Shown here: positions 12,765-27,600 of the stretch, piece after piece
Layout of the letters: each line of letters starts with the position of its first letter
How positions within the stretch are numbered: the first letter of the stretch is position 1
NCBI RefSeq assembly: GCF_000143415.4
Contig: NW_003314264.1
Coordinates: forward strand, 90,107-154,106
Origin: Selaginella moellendorffii
Lineage: Eukaryota > Plantae > Lycopodiophyta
Reading direction: 5' to 3'
DNA: 64,000 bases
Position numbers and translations under genes: made by a program
Notes under the pieces: generated by a model
The model's database searches: none
What the model was told of the DNA's origin: nothing
What the model saw: the letters and a program-made list of their open reading frames with translations, nothing else

Positions 12765-13151
12765 AATTCTCTATTTTTAATGGTTAGGCTCGGGAGGAAA
12801 ACTATATTGAACACTTATCCTAGCTTGAGTTGTTCACAAGACTCCATATCTGGAGCAGCTATAATGGCCCTCGCCCCAACTGGTGGAAGAAATGGATGCA
12901 TCCCACTGCCAGGCTGATGGGAGAGCCTACTCGTTTACCACCCAAGTTGTTCTTGACCTATGTTTTAAAAGATAGGTGTCTCATGATGGGCTTCCCCTAG
13001 GTGTCTACTACCGTCTCTACAAGCACTAAGGGTAGCTCAAGTATACTGGTGAGTATCTTGTAGTGCTGCTTGAAGAATGGAGGTGCCTACTTGACTTGTG
13101 ATCTTGTAGTTTTCTTTTGCTCGTTTAACTGTCACTTCTTCTTGGTTTCAG

Positions 13152-14663
13152 GTACAATCGAGTGGGTTTTTACAAGGCGTTTCTGTTCTGGCAGCCCACC
13201 GTCCTGGCTGCCACACCAGAGGTATGCAAATTCGTGCTCTCCAAAGACAGCTTTGAGACTGGATGGCCGGAGAGCGCTGTTGCGCTCATGGGACGAAATT
13301 TGTTTGCGGGATTAACTGGAGGGAGCCACATGAAGCTCCGGAAGTTTACCAAGCACGCTGTGAACAATCCCAAAGCTCTCAAGCAGTATGTTCCCCTCAT
13401 CGTCAACAACATAAATGCCTTGCAAGTTGATCTACACAGTACATGATCATTCTTCTTACCGAGATGAGAAGGGTAAGCGATACATCCTCTTTGCCTTAGT
13501 TTTCTTGTTGATACTGGTTTTTCTGATATGACAGTTCAAGTTTCTAACTGTCCTCTACCTTTATATGGGAAAGACTCCAGTCTCGACGGGAATGAAACTT
13601 TCTCCTTGTACTACATTGTCAACCAAGGCATTCAGGCTCTCTCCATCAACTTCCCCGGCACTGCCTACAACAAAGCCTTGAAGGTAAAAGCCATACGCAT
13701 TGTCCTACACAGCTTTGTGATGTTTTTCCCATTTTCAGGTGAGGTGAAAGCTCATCAAGCTTATCCAGGACGTGATCAACCAGTGAAGAGCTTCTGGAAA
13801 GCCGTAGAAAACAAGAATTCTTTTGTTGCTCATTGATCAGCTGGATGACAAAGGAGAGGCTCTGGAAAACGCTCAAATCATAGACGTGCTCAACATGTAC
13901 ATGAACGCTGGTCACGACTCGACAGCTCATGTCATCATGTGGCTGATGATTTCTTAAAGAAAGATCCTGATGTGCTCGAGAAAGTAAAGGTAAACCTTTG
14001 CAGTTTCATACAAACTTTCCTTCATATAATTTTTCTTCATGAGGCTGAGCAAAATGACATTGCTAAAAGCATTTCAGAAGGGAAATGCTCAACCTTTTAG
14101 ACATCAAAAGCATGTGCTACCTATCTAGTGTCAGTGCTGGCCATTTTCCCCTATTTTCATGCCTGAATTTGTCTTTTCTTTTTGCAGGTTGCCGATTAAA
14201 CACTAGAAGAGCCTGGGTAGCGTTGAGTTTAATGGTGAGTGTGCATCTTCTTTCAAGTGATTTTCAAGTGATTTGGCATGCGGAAGGACAAGTACACATG
14301 GATCCAAACGTCCACCCAGACCCAGAAAAGTTTGATCTAGAGTGCTGCGAGGTACAAAATTCTCAGCCATTCTCTGTAACTCTAGCTGGGGTTTTTCACT
14401 AGAAATATGGAACATCTCCATCACGTTCATACCCTTTGGGATTGAAAATCGGACTTGTCCTGGTAACGAGCTTGCCAAACTTTAATTCAAATCTTCAATG
14501 TCATCCATTACTTCATTACTGGCTACAGGTAAAGATCTATTATTTGTGCTATTATTACTTTATCTGGGCTTGTAACTGGACTGCATTGGATCCCAACAGC
14601 AAAGTTTCTTATTAGCCACATCCAGGAGACTTCTATTCTGTAAGAGTTTCAAAACTTCTGTAA
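13152..14663 (+). pseudogene. Cytochrome P450 CYP88 / ent-kaurenoic acid oxidase-like pseudogene, copy 1 (lacks first exon)
   Basis: YNRVGFYKAFLFWQPTVL..CKFVLSKDSFETGWPES, INFPGTAYNKALK, I-helix MYMNAGHDSTAH, VHMDPNVHPDPEKFD, heme loop PFGIENRTCPGNELAKL; introns retained; frameshifts and stops present. Confidence 0.85.
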
Positions 14664-17610
14664 TTATAAAGAAAAAAGTAATTTACTGAAATGTACAAGA
14701 TGATACCCTATGTATTCTTATGCCTCCACTATTCTAATTCGTCTCCATCACTTCTGCATCTGGAAGGAAACACTATTTATGTGTTTGATGAAAACTTTGA
14801 ATTTATGTTTACCCTTTGCTCGGACGGATCTATGATAACATGTTCAAGATAGACTCAAGCAGGTATTTAGAAGTGAACATCATCTCTTTAAGGGCAATAT
14901 ATGAGGTGCTTGTGAGGCTCTCAAGTATTAATCTCCTCTTAAGGATATCCTTCAATAGTGAGAAAAAAACCTTTTAAATATAAATGGAACTTTTTTTCTG
15001 CTTCTTTCATGTTTGATGGTAGTCAACTTATGAGAAATTAAAGCTTCTGGAATTCTACAAGCAGTGTGTAAGGATTGTCCAGGGAATGAGAAACTGTAAG
15101 GTGTAGTATGATATTTTCTTGATAGTAGTACATAGTACTGCCTGTTGTAGCCTTTGTGGCTTTGCTCGACTACAGCACAATGCTTACAAGGTTGGAATGA
15201 CATAAGTAGAGATTTTCTAATAGATGTCAGTCTGTTGCCACTTCACTCTCAAACAATGATATCAGATAAACGAGTCACCCAAGACAAAATCTGGAAGAAG
15301 AATAGAATTGGATTCGTCACTTTTGCAAATACCCACACAGACATGTATCCTCGCAAGAGGAAGTGATCTAATATCAATTGCCTCACACTAAACTAGGTGA
15401 GGCAAAACTTCTATTAGATATAAATTCGGGAGCTTCCTTCAAATGGCTTGTGGTGGGAGCGAGCATAGAAACATGAGTTTGGGCCACAGAGGTCACCATT
15501 TCAATCTTATTATTAAATGGTCCTTAACAAATGTGTTGCAGAACAAACACACTGACATTACAAATTCATGCAAATAATAGTGATCTGGATATCCTACAAT
15601 ACAATGTCCCTTTTCAATAGTCCAAACTGGCACATTATTGCATAGAAGAAGCTGAGACCTTGTATTGCTGAATAGTGAATTTTAAATATTGAAAAAGAAA
15701 TTTAGGTTTTTAGTTAAAAACAATATAATGGATTTGGTATTTGAAGCAAAAAAAAAAAGAAGAGAGGTTCTACTCTTTTGAAATACAAATTAGTATTAAT
15801 ATCAGAAAGTAATTTTTTTCCTGATACTTAGAGAAATCTTTGGTGATATGTATATCCAAATATGCAATTCTTGAGAATATCACAAAAATATCATTATCTT
15901 TTGAGAATCTTTAGAAGTAAGAATATTTTTCTAAATCATTTTTAGTCTTCAGAGAAGAGTTTTCTACAACATCCATCTTAAAATTAACATAAATTCCAGC
16001 TGTAAATATGTGAAATAAATGTTTCTTTTTTAATTTTCTTTGGAAAATATTTTCTACATTTTGTACTATATGTTGATAATGGTATTATGATACACTATAA
16101 AATTATTAAATATTATTTTATTATTCATGTACATAGTTATATGTTAGATCTAAGTTTTATTTTTATTATTATGTTCTTTATAATCTAAGTCTAATTTATA
16201 ATACAAGAGAATGAAAACTTAGAGAGGATAAATGCATAAATAACACTTTATTCACAATTGATAAGCTTGATGCAACAATGTATATTCTTTTAAAATAAAA
16301 ATACCAAAATTATAAAATATCTTTTATTATATATAAATAACGTGCTTTTATTATATGAATACAGTACCACATGAAAGATATAATAATGTTATTATGTATA
16401 TGGTAATGTGCTGGATCTAAGTTCATAATTACAATATTAATCTTCTTATAATCTAAGAAATTTATAATCATATTGTCCATTAGATAATTTCTGAATAGTA
16501 AGTACTGGTTAATCATTTAAGAGTAATATTTATTTTAAATTGAAATTTTCTAGATTTTTAGCTGAATATGATTTTAAAATCCTTTGGCTAGAGACAATAT
16601 TGTATAAAATTGTTAAAGGTTTTAAAATTTCTAAAATATTTTGAAATCATAACTTTCATATATAGCTTACTACCATTATATTACCTAATGATAATCCTGG
16701 TTAAGCATTTTTTTTAAATTTTTTAACTTTATTCCTACTAGTCTAGATATTTAATTTGGAGCTGTTGTACTACTTTTTAGCATAAATTACTTTATTGAAA
16801 ACTTCATATAAACAAAGGTATTTTTATTATCTTAAAATTTCCTTCCACTTATTTAAGTTTTTCTTTCTCAAGTATTTTGTCCCTTCATTATTTAATTTTC
16901 ATAACAGTTATCTTATATATAATAAGTTACAAAATGTCTTATGCACGATTGATATAGTAGTAAATTATGTTCTGATTAGAAAGGGTTTAGAGGTGTATTA
17001 ATATTTTATAATTTATAAATCATCTAATATAATTTGTTTTTAAAAAGTTTATTTTCTATCTTTCCCAGTAGAGTTGTATCATTGTCACAAATGTGACACA
17101 TAGTTGTGCTCTATTTGGAAACCATTAAGAAACTTCAAGTATTGTCTATCAAGTATTTATTACCTTTCACTAATCAAACTTCAGGTTTACTATCAGCAAA
17201 ACAGTGATAAAATATTATCTAACATAAATACTCTTAAATAACTTATAAAGTTAATTAATAAGCTTTTTATGTATAGTATTATATTGTATCATAGTGTTCC
17301 AGCTCTCAGTCTCACTAAAGTGATTAAACCAGGAGTAATAAATTTTTCATGATTTATCATTACAAAGTATTATTTCTACATTGGCCTTGAAGGTTGTTTA
17401 TCTATGATATAAGAACAAAAACCTTTTAGTACACAAGAAGAAAGGTACACAAACTACTTACTTTATGTAAATACACCACTAAAGCAAAAGTTTGACAGAA
17501 GTAATAAAGGATAGTTATTCATTTATGTATACAAATGTATGAAGAATCTGATGGTTCTCATGCACCATATAACTATAGCTCACATCTTGCTTTTGAAGTA
17601 TTGCCTATTT

Positions 17611-17972
17611 NNNNNNNNNNNNNNNNNNNNNNNNNNNNNNNNNNNNNNNNNNNNNNNNNNNNNNNNNNNNNNNNNNNNNNNNNNNNNNNNNNNNNNNNNN
17701 NNNNNNNNNNNNNNNNNNNNNNNNNNNNNNNNNNNNNNNNNNNNNNNNNNNNNNNNNNNNNNNNNNNNNNNNNNNNNNNNNNNNNNNNNNNNNNNNNNNN
17801 NNNNNNNNNNNNNNNNNNNNNNNNNNNNNNNNNNNNNNNNNNNNNNNNNNNNNNNNNNNNNNNNNNNNNNNNNNNNNNNNNNNNNNNNNNNNNNNNNNNN
17901 NNNNNNNNNNNNNNNNNNNNNNNNNNNNNNNNNNNNNNNNNNNNNNNNNNNNNNNNNNNNNNNNNNNNNNNN
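17611..17972. other. Assembly gap (362 N)
   Basis: Run of N. Confidence 1.
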
Positions 17973-18799
17973 TCCAACCCAGTTCTGAGCTTTTATTACA
18001 AAAGCAATGGCTTATGCATGCTGATAGGTGCTCAAATGCAATAGTTTTGGAGAGCCATTTGGGTATGAAAATGTGTTTGGGTTTGAGTTAGCATCTTAAC
18101 AAGTACCTCAAGATTTTTGGAACAGCTCTCAAACCTACATGTGAGTCTTCCTGGGCTCTACATGTGAATTTTTTCTTCGTTTCTCAAGTTCTTGATTGTG
18201 TTACTACAGTTGTGATGAGGATTGCCAAGTTCTAGAGAAACAAAGTTCCTCTATCAAGAAAGCTTCTTATTAGTATCCATAAAGGTACTAAGGTAAACAA
18301 TGTTTCATGTATTGTAACCACAGGCTTTTGACTTCCATAGATAGGGATTGGGGATATAGCCAGGACAACCAGGATGGCCTTTATTCTACAAGTATTGCCA
18401 TGTGTGAGTGCTTTGTTTGTTTTTCTCTCTCTCTCACTGTTGTGATAAGAAAAGAGAAAATCATACCTTATGCATGCTGCTTTGATCATGTCAATCTGTG
18501 CAGAATCAGAGGTGGCAAAAAGTAGCTTTGCTGGCTTCATGCCCTACACTTGCATAACCCATAAAGTCTGGAAAGCTTGCTTGAATCACTCATACCGAGA
18601 AGCAATCAGGGCACCCAACCTTGCCATGGAAAGATAAAAGTTGCAAAGAAGAAAGCACGAAAAAAAAATTAATGCAAGATAATTGTAGTGGCTTGGTTCT
18701 TAGATTTGAGAACTCTGACTTAAGCACGCAAATGAGAACAAAAAAAAGAAGTCTCCTGATTTTCCATGAAATCACCATAAGATTAATATGGATAACTTA

Positions 18800-19850
18800 A
18801 ATAACATAAATTCTAAAAGCATAAGTTGCAAAACTGGTATGAGCATCCGTAAGAACACAACACAAACTTTCAATGGCAGGAAAGCACTTCACCTGTTGCT
18901 TGGACTGAACAGTCAATGGTAAAGGTAGGGTTTTACTGAAGTTTCCCTCTGAAAAATCAGCCTCTTTCTGGATCATGCTGGCAAATCCAAAGGTAATACA
19001 ATAGCGACTAGTGGTAGTGTCTGTGGACTCCTTATGCATCCACTCTCCTCTGTCAAACTTATTGAAAGGTTTGATGTGTAGATCCTCATCTAGAAATACT
19101 GATACCTGCAGAAAAGATAATAAGACGTTGTCTAAAATTCAAATCTTTACCTGACTTCCAGATTGACTCCTTTTAAAGAACCTACAGAGATTAAAAAATT
19201 AGTTTTTAAAAATCTTTGATACCTCAGACTTAACAGTCAAAAGCACAAACTTGATGCCCCTCTAACCAGCAACTTCGGTGTACAAAGTTATGTTAGAAAT
19301 AAATAAAATCCAGTGTTTTTGTCTATACAAACTGGTTCTGGTATTTCACAGCCATAGCATGCTCTCTCTTAAGATGACAAATGAGCTTTGTCATGGCATT
19401 TTTTTCTTCAGATAGCACATGCGTTGCCTGGTCAAGCTCCAACACACATTTGACGAAAATCTTCCGAAAATGTTTAGCGTTCAGGTTTTCCAAATAGCCC
19501 TTGTTATAAGAAAAGAGAATGTAAGTCTCGGTTTCCTAGAGAATATTGTGAAGAGACAAAGAATATTGGAGGTCAATTTCCAGAATATAGGTGGCATTGT
19601 GAAAGTCATCTCTGCCAATGAGTTTTACAACACAAACACAATTGAATCTGTCACTACTCCAACATGTGTTAAAGACGCTGATAGAAAGCTTGGCCAGATA
19701 TGGCCATGGTCACTACTCACTGTAAACAGTATACATACCAGCCAAATGCTGTGCTATTTCACGAGTGAGTGAAGGTAATGAGCTTCACTCAAGCATGGGT
19801 CCATTGGAGCTGTACACTCATTAAAGAGAATCCATTCACTCTGAAAAAGA
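18800..19850 (-). pseudogene. Decayed multi-exon gene fragment, unidentified
   Basis: Splice-like signals (TTTCAG, CTGCAG acceptors) and a coding-like frame with stops (CVVKLIGRDDFHNATYILEIDLQY...). Confidence 0.3.
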
Positions 19851-20008
19851 AATAAAAGAATTCCTCACATGCTGCCTAGAACTCTCATGGCAGTCTAAAA
19901 AGATAGTTTTGTGCATTCTTCCAGTATTTGAGCATGGAGTTGGGACAGTAGCATTCTATGTGACAGCACCATTGTTGGGGATCTCAATATACATATGCTC
20001 AATGGCTC

Positions 20009-20225
20009 GATCAAGAAGATGTATGGAACCGCTCCAATGGAATTCTCCACATGGCGTGGGAGTACAAGTTTCACATTTTCATTTGTACTTGCAAAAGTTT
20101 ATACATGAATTATTTGCTTTGATCAAGAAGCTTTATGGAACCGCTCCAATGGAAATCTCCACATGGGGTGGGGGTACAAGTTTCACATTTTTATTTGTAC
20201 TTGCACAAGTTTATACATGAATTAT
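20009..20225 (+). repeat. Tandem duplication, two ~110-bp units
   Basis: GATCAAGAAG..TATGGAACCGCTCCAATGGAA..GTACAAGTTTCACATTTT..GTTTATACATGAATTATT occurs twice. Confidence 0.9.
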
Positions 20226-20591
20226 TCGACAAGAAGTTTTTCAAACAAGTTTAGTAACATATAGTTTGTTGATACGTTCAGGGAGATCATGTGTGAATTT
20301 CTTTCTGGCCAAGTACATGAAAATGAAAATGAAACTTCTACGACACTTCCAGAAGTAAAAATTTGGCCAAGTATACACTTGTACAAAATGAAAACACAAA
20401 TTCTTATGACTTATTCATAAAGTCCAAGTGTGTCCTGTACTCTGTCATGATCTTTATTGTCTCAGTGCAGGATGAAAGAAGATGGATGGTGATCATTTTA
20501 AGATCTTTGACATAAATGGGGAGGAAGGAGAAAGCACAACCAAACAGGCTGCTACAAATACATTTTTTCAGATTGAAACATTCTCTACTTC

Positions 20592-20618
20592 TCCCAGCGG
20601 AGCTGGGATCCCTGCTAG
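20592..20618 (+). mobile_element. Helitron-type 3' terminus
   Basis: Hairpin TCCCAGC-GGA-GCTGGGA followed 6 nt later by CTAG|T; related copies at 60943 and 63000. Confidence 0.65.
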
Positions 20619-23600
20619 TCATCATACTCTCTTATCATACTCCCTTATTTAAAAGTGCTATTGGCATATGGCATCTGGCATCTTTTATTCCATTTTTAGA
20701 ATATTTATGGATCCCAGCTCCACTGGGGGAGATAGTACACCAAAGCATAATAAATTACTTAAGATACAATTTTTATTACATTCATGAACAAATTTGTGGG
20801 GACACTGAATGGCATTAGAGAGAATATATGTTGGATCTAAGAAATATTTAATAATTTGTAGCAACAAATTGTTATGGATCAAAGATGAAACATTAGTTAT
20901 AAACACAATAATGGATTCATTCTTTAAAAGCAAGTTATATGGTGAATATGAACCATTAGATTACACATATATGGGAAATAATAAGTTTCTGTTATTGGTT
21001 GGTTAGTTGTGCAACTTTGGTTGTGTATGTATGTTGGACTTATATATAGTAAAGGGTACTTTGTGGCCAACCTAGAAATAACATCTATAATAATAAGAAC
21101 GAAGGGCCTAGACCCCACAGCTGTCTGATCCCAGGCCCAGGGCAGCCTTGGAAGCCATGGTTCTCGGGAAGGGGAGGCCACCCCAGGCCCGGGCCAAGGT
21201 CAGTGGCCATGGTTAGCATGTGTGGCCAGATAAAGAAGAGGGCATAGTGACAGGTGTTACACCATGCACTCTTAGGGCTCTATGGCTGCTCTGCTTGCTT
21301 GTGGTGCGTGAGCAGCACCACAGCATTTGCTGGGCAAATACTTGTTTTGTAATAAGAAATTGAGAAAACTATCAATGTCTTAATTTACCATTCACTTGTA
21401 AGGTTGTCTTGAGCATATACACACGCACACACTTTTTCTCCAACAATGGCAGAAAGAACTTTATATATACTTAAGCTAGAAAGTAATCAGTATAAAAGTG
21501 GAATTCTCTCCCTACTTGAGTAGTTTAAATAAACACTAGGCTTATTTTCATTAATAAAAAGAAAAAGAATCAGAAATACTTTTGAGAACCAAGTGTTTCC
21601 TTTTGGATTAGCCACTAAGTTACAGCTGTATGAAAATCTTTTCTCTTAGAGCACATGTTTGCAATGATTAACATGGCTATTATGGAAAAAATAATGCCAT
21701 GAGGGATTCTAATGACATGAAGTGTCCCATTTCCAAGCTACATCAAAAGCATTTAACTACATGAATCTGAGGAGTTATTGTGTTAATCACAAATTTAATG
21801 CCTTTTAATAAAATTAAGCATAGAAAAAAAATTATTTAGGGTTTACTTATTTATCTTTATCCTCCAAACAGTCTCGAAGAAATTAAAGTAAAAAGATTGA
21901 AGATCTTTTATTAAAGGTTGAGATTGACATCTTTTAGGAGTGCTTTGATTAATTGATAAATAAAAGCTTTATTATTTTATAAATAAATTTATTAAATTTA
22001 GAATTATTTACAAAGGATTATTGTTGTTTTATGGCTATGATGTTGTTTACTATTATTAGCATAGTAACTATTGAATTAATTTTAATCCAGACCACTCACT
22101 CCTGTATATAAACTAAGGTTTTTGGGCTAATTAAATACACTTCTATATTCCATGCACCCACATTGGTGGAGGTGAGGAGCAATTTTGGTTCTCCCTAAGA
22201 AGTGCTTAAGTTTGTGTGTTTAGTTTAGCTTTTGCATTGTCTAGATCTCTCTTATTCTTGTCTATTTTCCATTTCTTCTCTTTTGCTTTTCTTATTTTCA
22301 TTCATCTTTATGGCAGAATAAAATACTCCTCCTTTGGAGAAGTATCTTCCTCTTTTGACTCTAGAATAACAATTGATGCAATTGCTTGATGTTATATGGT
22401 TGCAATTGAATAATGAAACTTAGTTGATGGTAATCTTCATGGTGTATAGTGTAACTTCTTTTGCCTTTGATGCCAATCCTCATGTCTGGCTAAATTTCTT
22501 CAATAGGAATGTTGAGGATGATGCATACAATTGATTTGATCATTTTATGGTGACTGATGATGCTCAGCATTGATATGAGTTTCCCACATGTTTCAAGGGT
22601 AGCATTGTAATGGTACAATGGTTTGAGTGCAACCATTCATGTGAATTGGAGCTTTCTCCCTAACATGTAGAGCTAATATTTCAAAGTAGATCAAGTTGGG
22701 AATGTTATGCTCAGTACTTCGTCAAGATTTTATAAGACTTATACATGCACTTGCCCCAGGTACCCTTGATGATATTCTTTACCTAACATAATATTACGAG
22801 ATATCATATTTCCCACTTATAGTTGTACATGCTTCAACTCTACTTCCCATAGAAGATACTTTTGTTTTAATAGAGATGGATGTTGTTGCAAAGACAAGGG
22901 CGAAGATGTGGTTGTGGCCATGATATTTGCTACTAAGTGTGTGATAAGGTTGGCCACATATATTAGAGTTTTCAATGTTTTCTAAATTAACACTATCTAT
23001 TTACTGGGTTAAGGTCTTGGCATTAACATCATGTTAATACTATTGTAGTGGAAGGTTTTGACATAAAGATTTTTCAAGAATAAGGAGTCACATGAGTAGT
23101 GGAGAGTCCTTGTGTAAATAAGTCAATGACCTTTCCATCCTTTTAAGAGTATAATTCACTTAGCATCAATTTATCCAGTGTTTTCTTTCCAAACTCATTT
23201 TTATAACAAGAGGTCCCTTGTTATTTAGTTGATATAACTTAGAGTTTATCTTATATTACTCAATATATGTCATTTATAGTTGCATTATATGGTAGAATCA
23301 ATTTTCATTATTTATAGTAATGGCTGTACATATATACATATCTTTTTATTTTAGATTAAACTTCAAATTATTTAGCTTTAATTTTTTTTAAAAATTATTA
23401 ATCATAAAAATATCAAGCACTCTACCTTATAGAATTGCAATTAAAAGGAATTCAGCCAGATGAATGTGATACAATTGCAAAAGAAACTCATGGAGAGATA
23501 AGGTGAAATCCAAGGAATTCTTACTAATTTGTAGGTGGTCAAATTCTTATTGTGAAAATGAAATGGTTAGTTATATGGATCTCTAAGAAGCTTTAATGCC

Positions 23601-24653
23601 ACACTAAACTCTCAAGGCATTAATGTGTAAGCTAAACATAGTAGACATTCTTATTTAATGCAAATAGTGCATTTAATGTATTTAACTCCTTGATAGTCTG
23701 TAAGAATAATGACATACATTTATTCAATAACAACTAATGGTGTGTTAATTTCTTGTAGCCATTGAAATAATTTATCACGGGAAACTGTGTTGACTATGTT
23801 TTGTATATCAAGAAGATCTTCTATACCATATTTTTGAAATGTCCATGAAGTTGTAAGTTTCATTGCTAGAGCTATCATGTGGCACTCTATTTTTTTTAAA
23901 TGCTATTCCAAAAGGGAGGGATTCCTTTGACTTCAAAGAGTGCTAGCAACTATGCTAAGTTGGTACTTGAACTTATATAAAACACCTGTTGCTATAGGAT
24001 AGAATGTGATGGGCATAAAGTGCATTAGGAAGTCATTATTTGTTAATGAATATTTGTTTCATTCCTCTCTAAGAAGCAACACTTGTCCCATCAATTGCAC
24101 CCTTTTACTTTTTATAGTTGCAAATCTAAAAGAATGCCCTCTTGTGCCAATGATTCCTTCTTCCAATTAATACATCCTTTTAGCAACACACTTGTGAGAT
24201 ATATTTACCTTGTATCATAGGCTCACTTTAGAAAAAAAGAATACCTTTTCAAGGTAGTTTATTAACTATTAAGCTTAATTCCAGCAAGTAAAGCCAAACT
24301 GGAAGACTGTCACCAAGAATATATATTTTGAAATAGGGCTAGATTAAAGTAAAGTAAGGGAACCTCACATGAGAAGAATATCCTTGAGAAAATAAAAGAG
24401 ACTGTAAGCATTTGAGTTTTGATTTCTTATTTACCCATCACTCAAGTTAGTGACATAGCTTCCTAGATGCCCAAGATTATTTTAGTTTTATTTTATTTTA
24501 AATCAATAAATATTGTTGTATCAAGATTATCATTTGTGATTAAAGTGTTATTAGTATTTTATCCTCTGTAGTTCATTTTCTAAATTAGATTTTTGATACA
24601 TTCATTATAAAGAACTTAAAAAAGAAAACATAAACTTAGATTTAAAATATTAT

Positions 24654-27600
24654 TGTCACGAATGTGACTTCGGGTATCGAAAGATACTTGTCGGCTAGTC
24701 CTTATAGATACTCTTTCCTTACTGCCACGACAGCAAGAGGTCGATACTACTAGTTTGCTTTATGGTCTCCACCCAAGCTAATTGAGAAACTGGTCAACAC
24801 ATATGCACTTAGACTAGAAGGGCACTAAGAAAGGAAATCCTAAGTTGTTATCAAGTCAAGCATACTTGACACTTATTAGTATTGGGAACCCCCTGCAATA
24901 TTGAGACTAGTCCCTCAATATTCGCTAAATGATAGCTTACTGTGTCTGCCAAACACCCCCACTATCATATTCTTTGTATTAGTCTCATTTCGGTCCCAAA
25001 TGCTATTTATGGAAAGTGTCTAGATTCACTTATTTGGTATATCTATAGAATGTAGAGATTGGCTTGAACACAATAGTGTTTATCTCGTATCCAAATTCAC
25101 AATCTAGGGACATTCCATATTTAGCAAGTTTTGAGCTATAAGAACATTGTATGCATGTTCAGTTACTGATAGAGGCATGCATGCAGTTAGCGGGATGGTG
25201 AAAAGAAGCCATGCTGATAACGCTAAAACCTCTAAATGGGCGAATTGAGAGGAGGAAACACCTGCTAGAGATGCTGCAGAAGAGGCTGAGACTGAGTCAG
25301 AAGAGGAAGAGCCAGATGTTGCGGCGCTACAGTGTACGGCTCATGAAGTTGAGATCCAGAATTTGCGAAGGGAGATTCACAAATTGAAGAAGGAGAATAA
25401 GAAAAGGAAGAAAGAAGTTGAGGCAGCTAAACTAGCTAAACCTAAGCAACCAGACTCCTCTTCAAGTTTTGAGGACGATGAAGTTTTGCAACTGCCCCCG
25501 ATTGCATGAGTTTCAAAGTTCAAGCCTCCGAAACCACCAAATTTTAGAGGCATGCGGGACTATCAGGTTTTGGAAGACTGGGTCTATGATATGGAAAATT
25601 ATTTCATAGCGGCAGACGTAGATAATTGTACAAAAGTTGCATGCATGCAATCCTTTCTCACTGTTCATGCCAAAACTTGGTGGCACTAGGTGTGTGCTGA
25701 AAAAGGGTAGACTAGAAGTTGGACCAAGATGCGGTCTCGTATCCGTAAGGAATACTTGCCGGATGATCTTGGTCTGAGACTTCGCGCGGAGCTGCGACTG
25801 TTAAAGCAGTGAGGGGACCTCATGCATTACGTGAATGTGTTTGCTCATAAGCGCATTATGATTGCAAATATGAGTGATGAAGATGCTTAAAGTTATTTCC
25901 TGGAAGGTTTAAGTTCACTTTCTCGCAATGAGATTTTGAAGTTTAAGCCAAAGACGTACCTGGATGTAAGGAGGTAGTGTAGCAAGTTGCCTTTAGTCAC
26001 TCACTCATGGAACAATATCAGCAGTTATATGCTAGTACCTCGGACAAGAATAAGAATTCTGGGAATAAACAAGGTGACCAAAAACAAAGGGTGGAAGGCA
26101 AGTTCTACCCTAGAGGCTCTCAAGCTATGGTTAACAAAGGTGGTGGTGGTTAGAGACCACCAGCAGCTTCTTTTGGTCCTAGGCCCTTTGTTCCTCCTCC
26201 TGGTGAGTACAAGCAACAGTAACCTGCAAAACCTGCTCCTAGCAGAATGGGTAGTGTGGGTCATTGCTTCCATTGTGGAGAGTCAGGACATAGGCCCTTG
26301 GAATGTCCCAACAAGCATAAAACAAAGTCTCGTGTTAATGTCATGAGGGAAGATGGTGGTGGTGAAGCTGAAGGGGTTGACGAGTTAGTCAATGCAGACT
26401 ATGAGGAAGAGGAGGTGAGTTTCTTTTGTTGCTTTCCTCAAGCTTTTCTCGTAGTTAATATAAACACTAATCCATTAATGTATCTGGTAGGCTTTGTCCG
26501 CGGGCACCGAATCCGAGTGATGATTGACACAAGAGCTATGCACAGTGTGATATCTGAGGGCTTAGTTAAGTTGTTAGGATTGAATGCTGAGCAGATATCA
26601 CCTATGCACTTCTGGTTTGCGGAAGGTGGGCAAGTAGCCAGAAATTTTGTGAGTGATGTTCCAATAAAAATATCCAAGTGGAAAGAAAGAATGGACTTGG
26701 TAGTGTTGAAGATATCAGATTTTTAGATGGTGTTTGGTATGGATTTCTTCAACAGATATATAAAAGGGATTTATGGTGCTGGACAAAGTTGTATCACATT
26801 GAAGTCAGAAGGACATCCCGATATGTCCTTCCAGTTGCAAAAGCGCTCCTCAAAGGATTGGGATGCTAAGTTCCTGACTGTGAGGGCCACTCAAAAAGCA
26901 GCTAAGAAGGGATATCGGACCTTCTGAGTTCAAGTGATGGAAGCTAAGGGTGTCAATGACTCAGTTTGAATTGGTGACGGGGTTGATCTTGTACCAAAGA
27001 AGATATTAGAGTTGTTGGCGAGGAATTAGGATATCTTCCCGAAGGATTTACTGCTAGGGCTACCTCCTAGCCTTGAGCTTGATCATCGGATTGAGGTTAT
27101 TTCGGGTTCTAAACCAGCTACAAAAGCTCCATATCATTTGAATATTAAGGAGATGGCTGAACTCAAGAAGCAACTCATGGAGCTTCTTAACAAAGGTCAT
27201 ATCCGACCAAGCAAGTCACCTTATGGAGCATTGGTCTTTTTTGTTATGAAAAAGGATGGAACTATGAGGATGTATATTGACTATCGGGCACTCAACAAGA
27301 TCACGGTCAAGAACAGTTATCTTTTGCCACACATTGATGACTTGTTTGACTAGCTCTTAAAAGCTAAGTATTTTATGCAACTTGATTTGCGATCCGGGTA
27401 TCATTAGATATGAGTGGCAAATCAAAATGTGGAGAAGTCAACCTTTAAGACTTGGTACGGATCTTATGAGTTTCTTGTCATGCTGTTCGGGTTATGTAAT
27501 GCTCTGGCAATGTTTAGCACTATGATGGATATAATATTCAGAGATTATTTGGACACATTTGTTGTCCTATACATCGACGATGTTCTAGTCTTCAGTAAAA

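Noticed and set aside
17535-18044. ORFs spanning N runs (also 44787-45130)
   Set aside because: Artefacts of assembly gaps.
21100-24650. Possible additional decayed retroelement(s)
   Set aside because: TE-like composition, but no motif or terminus I could support.
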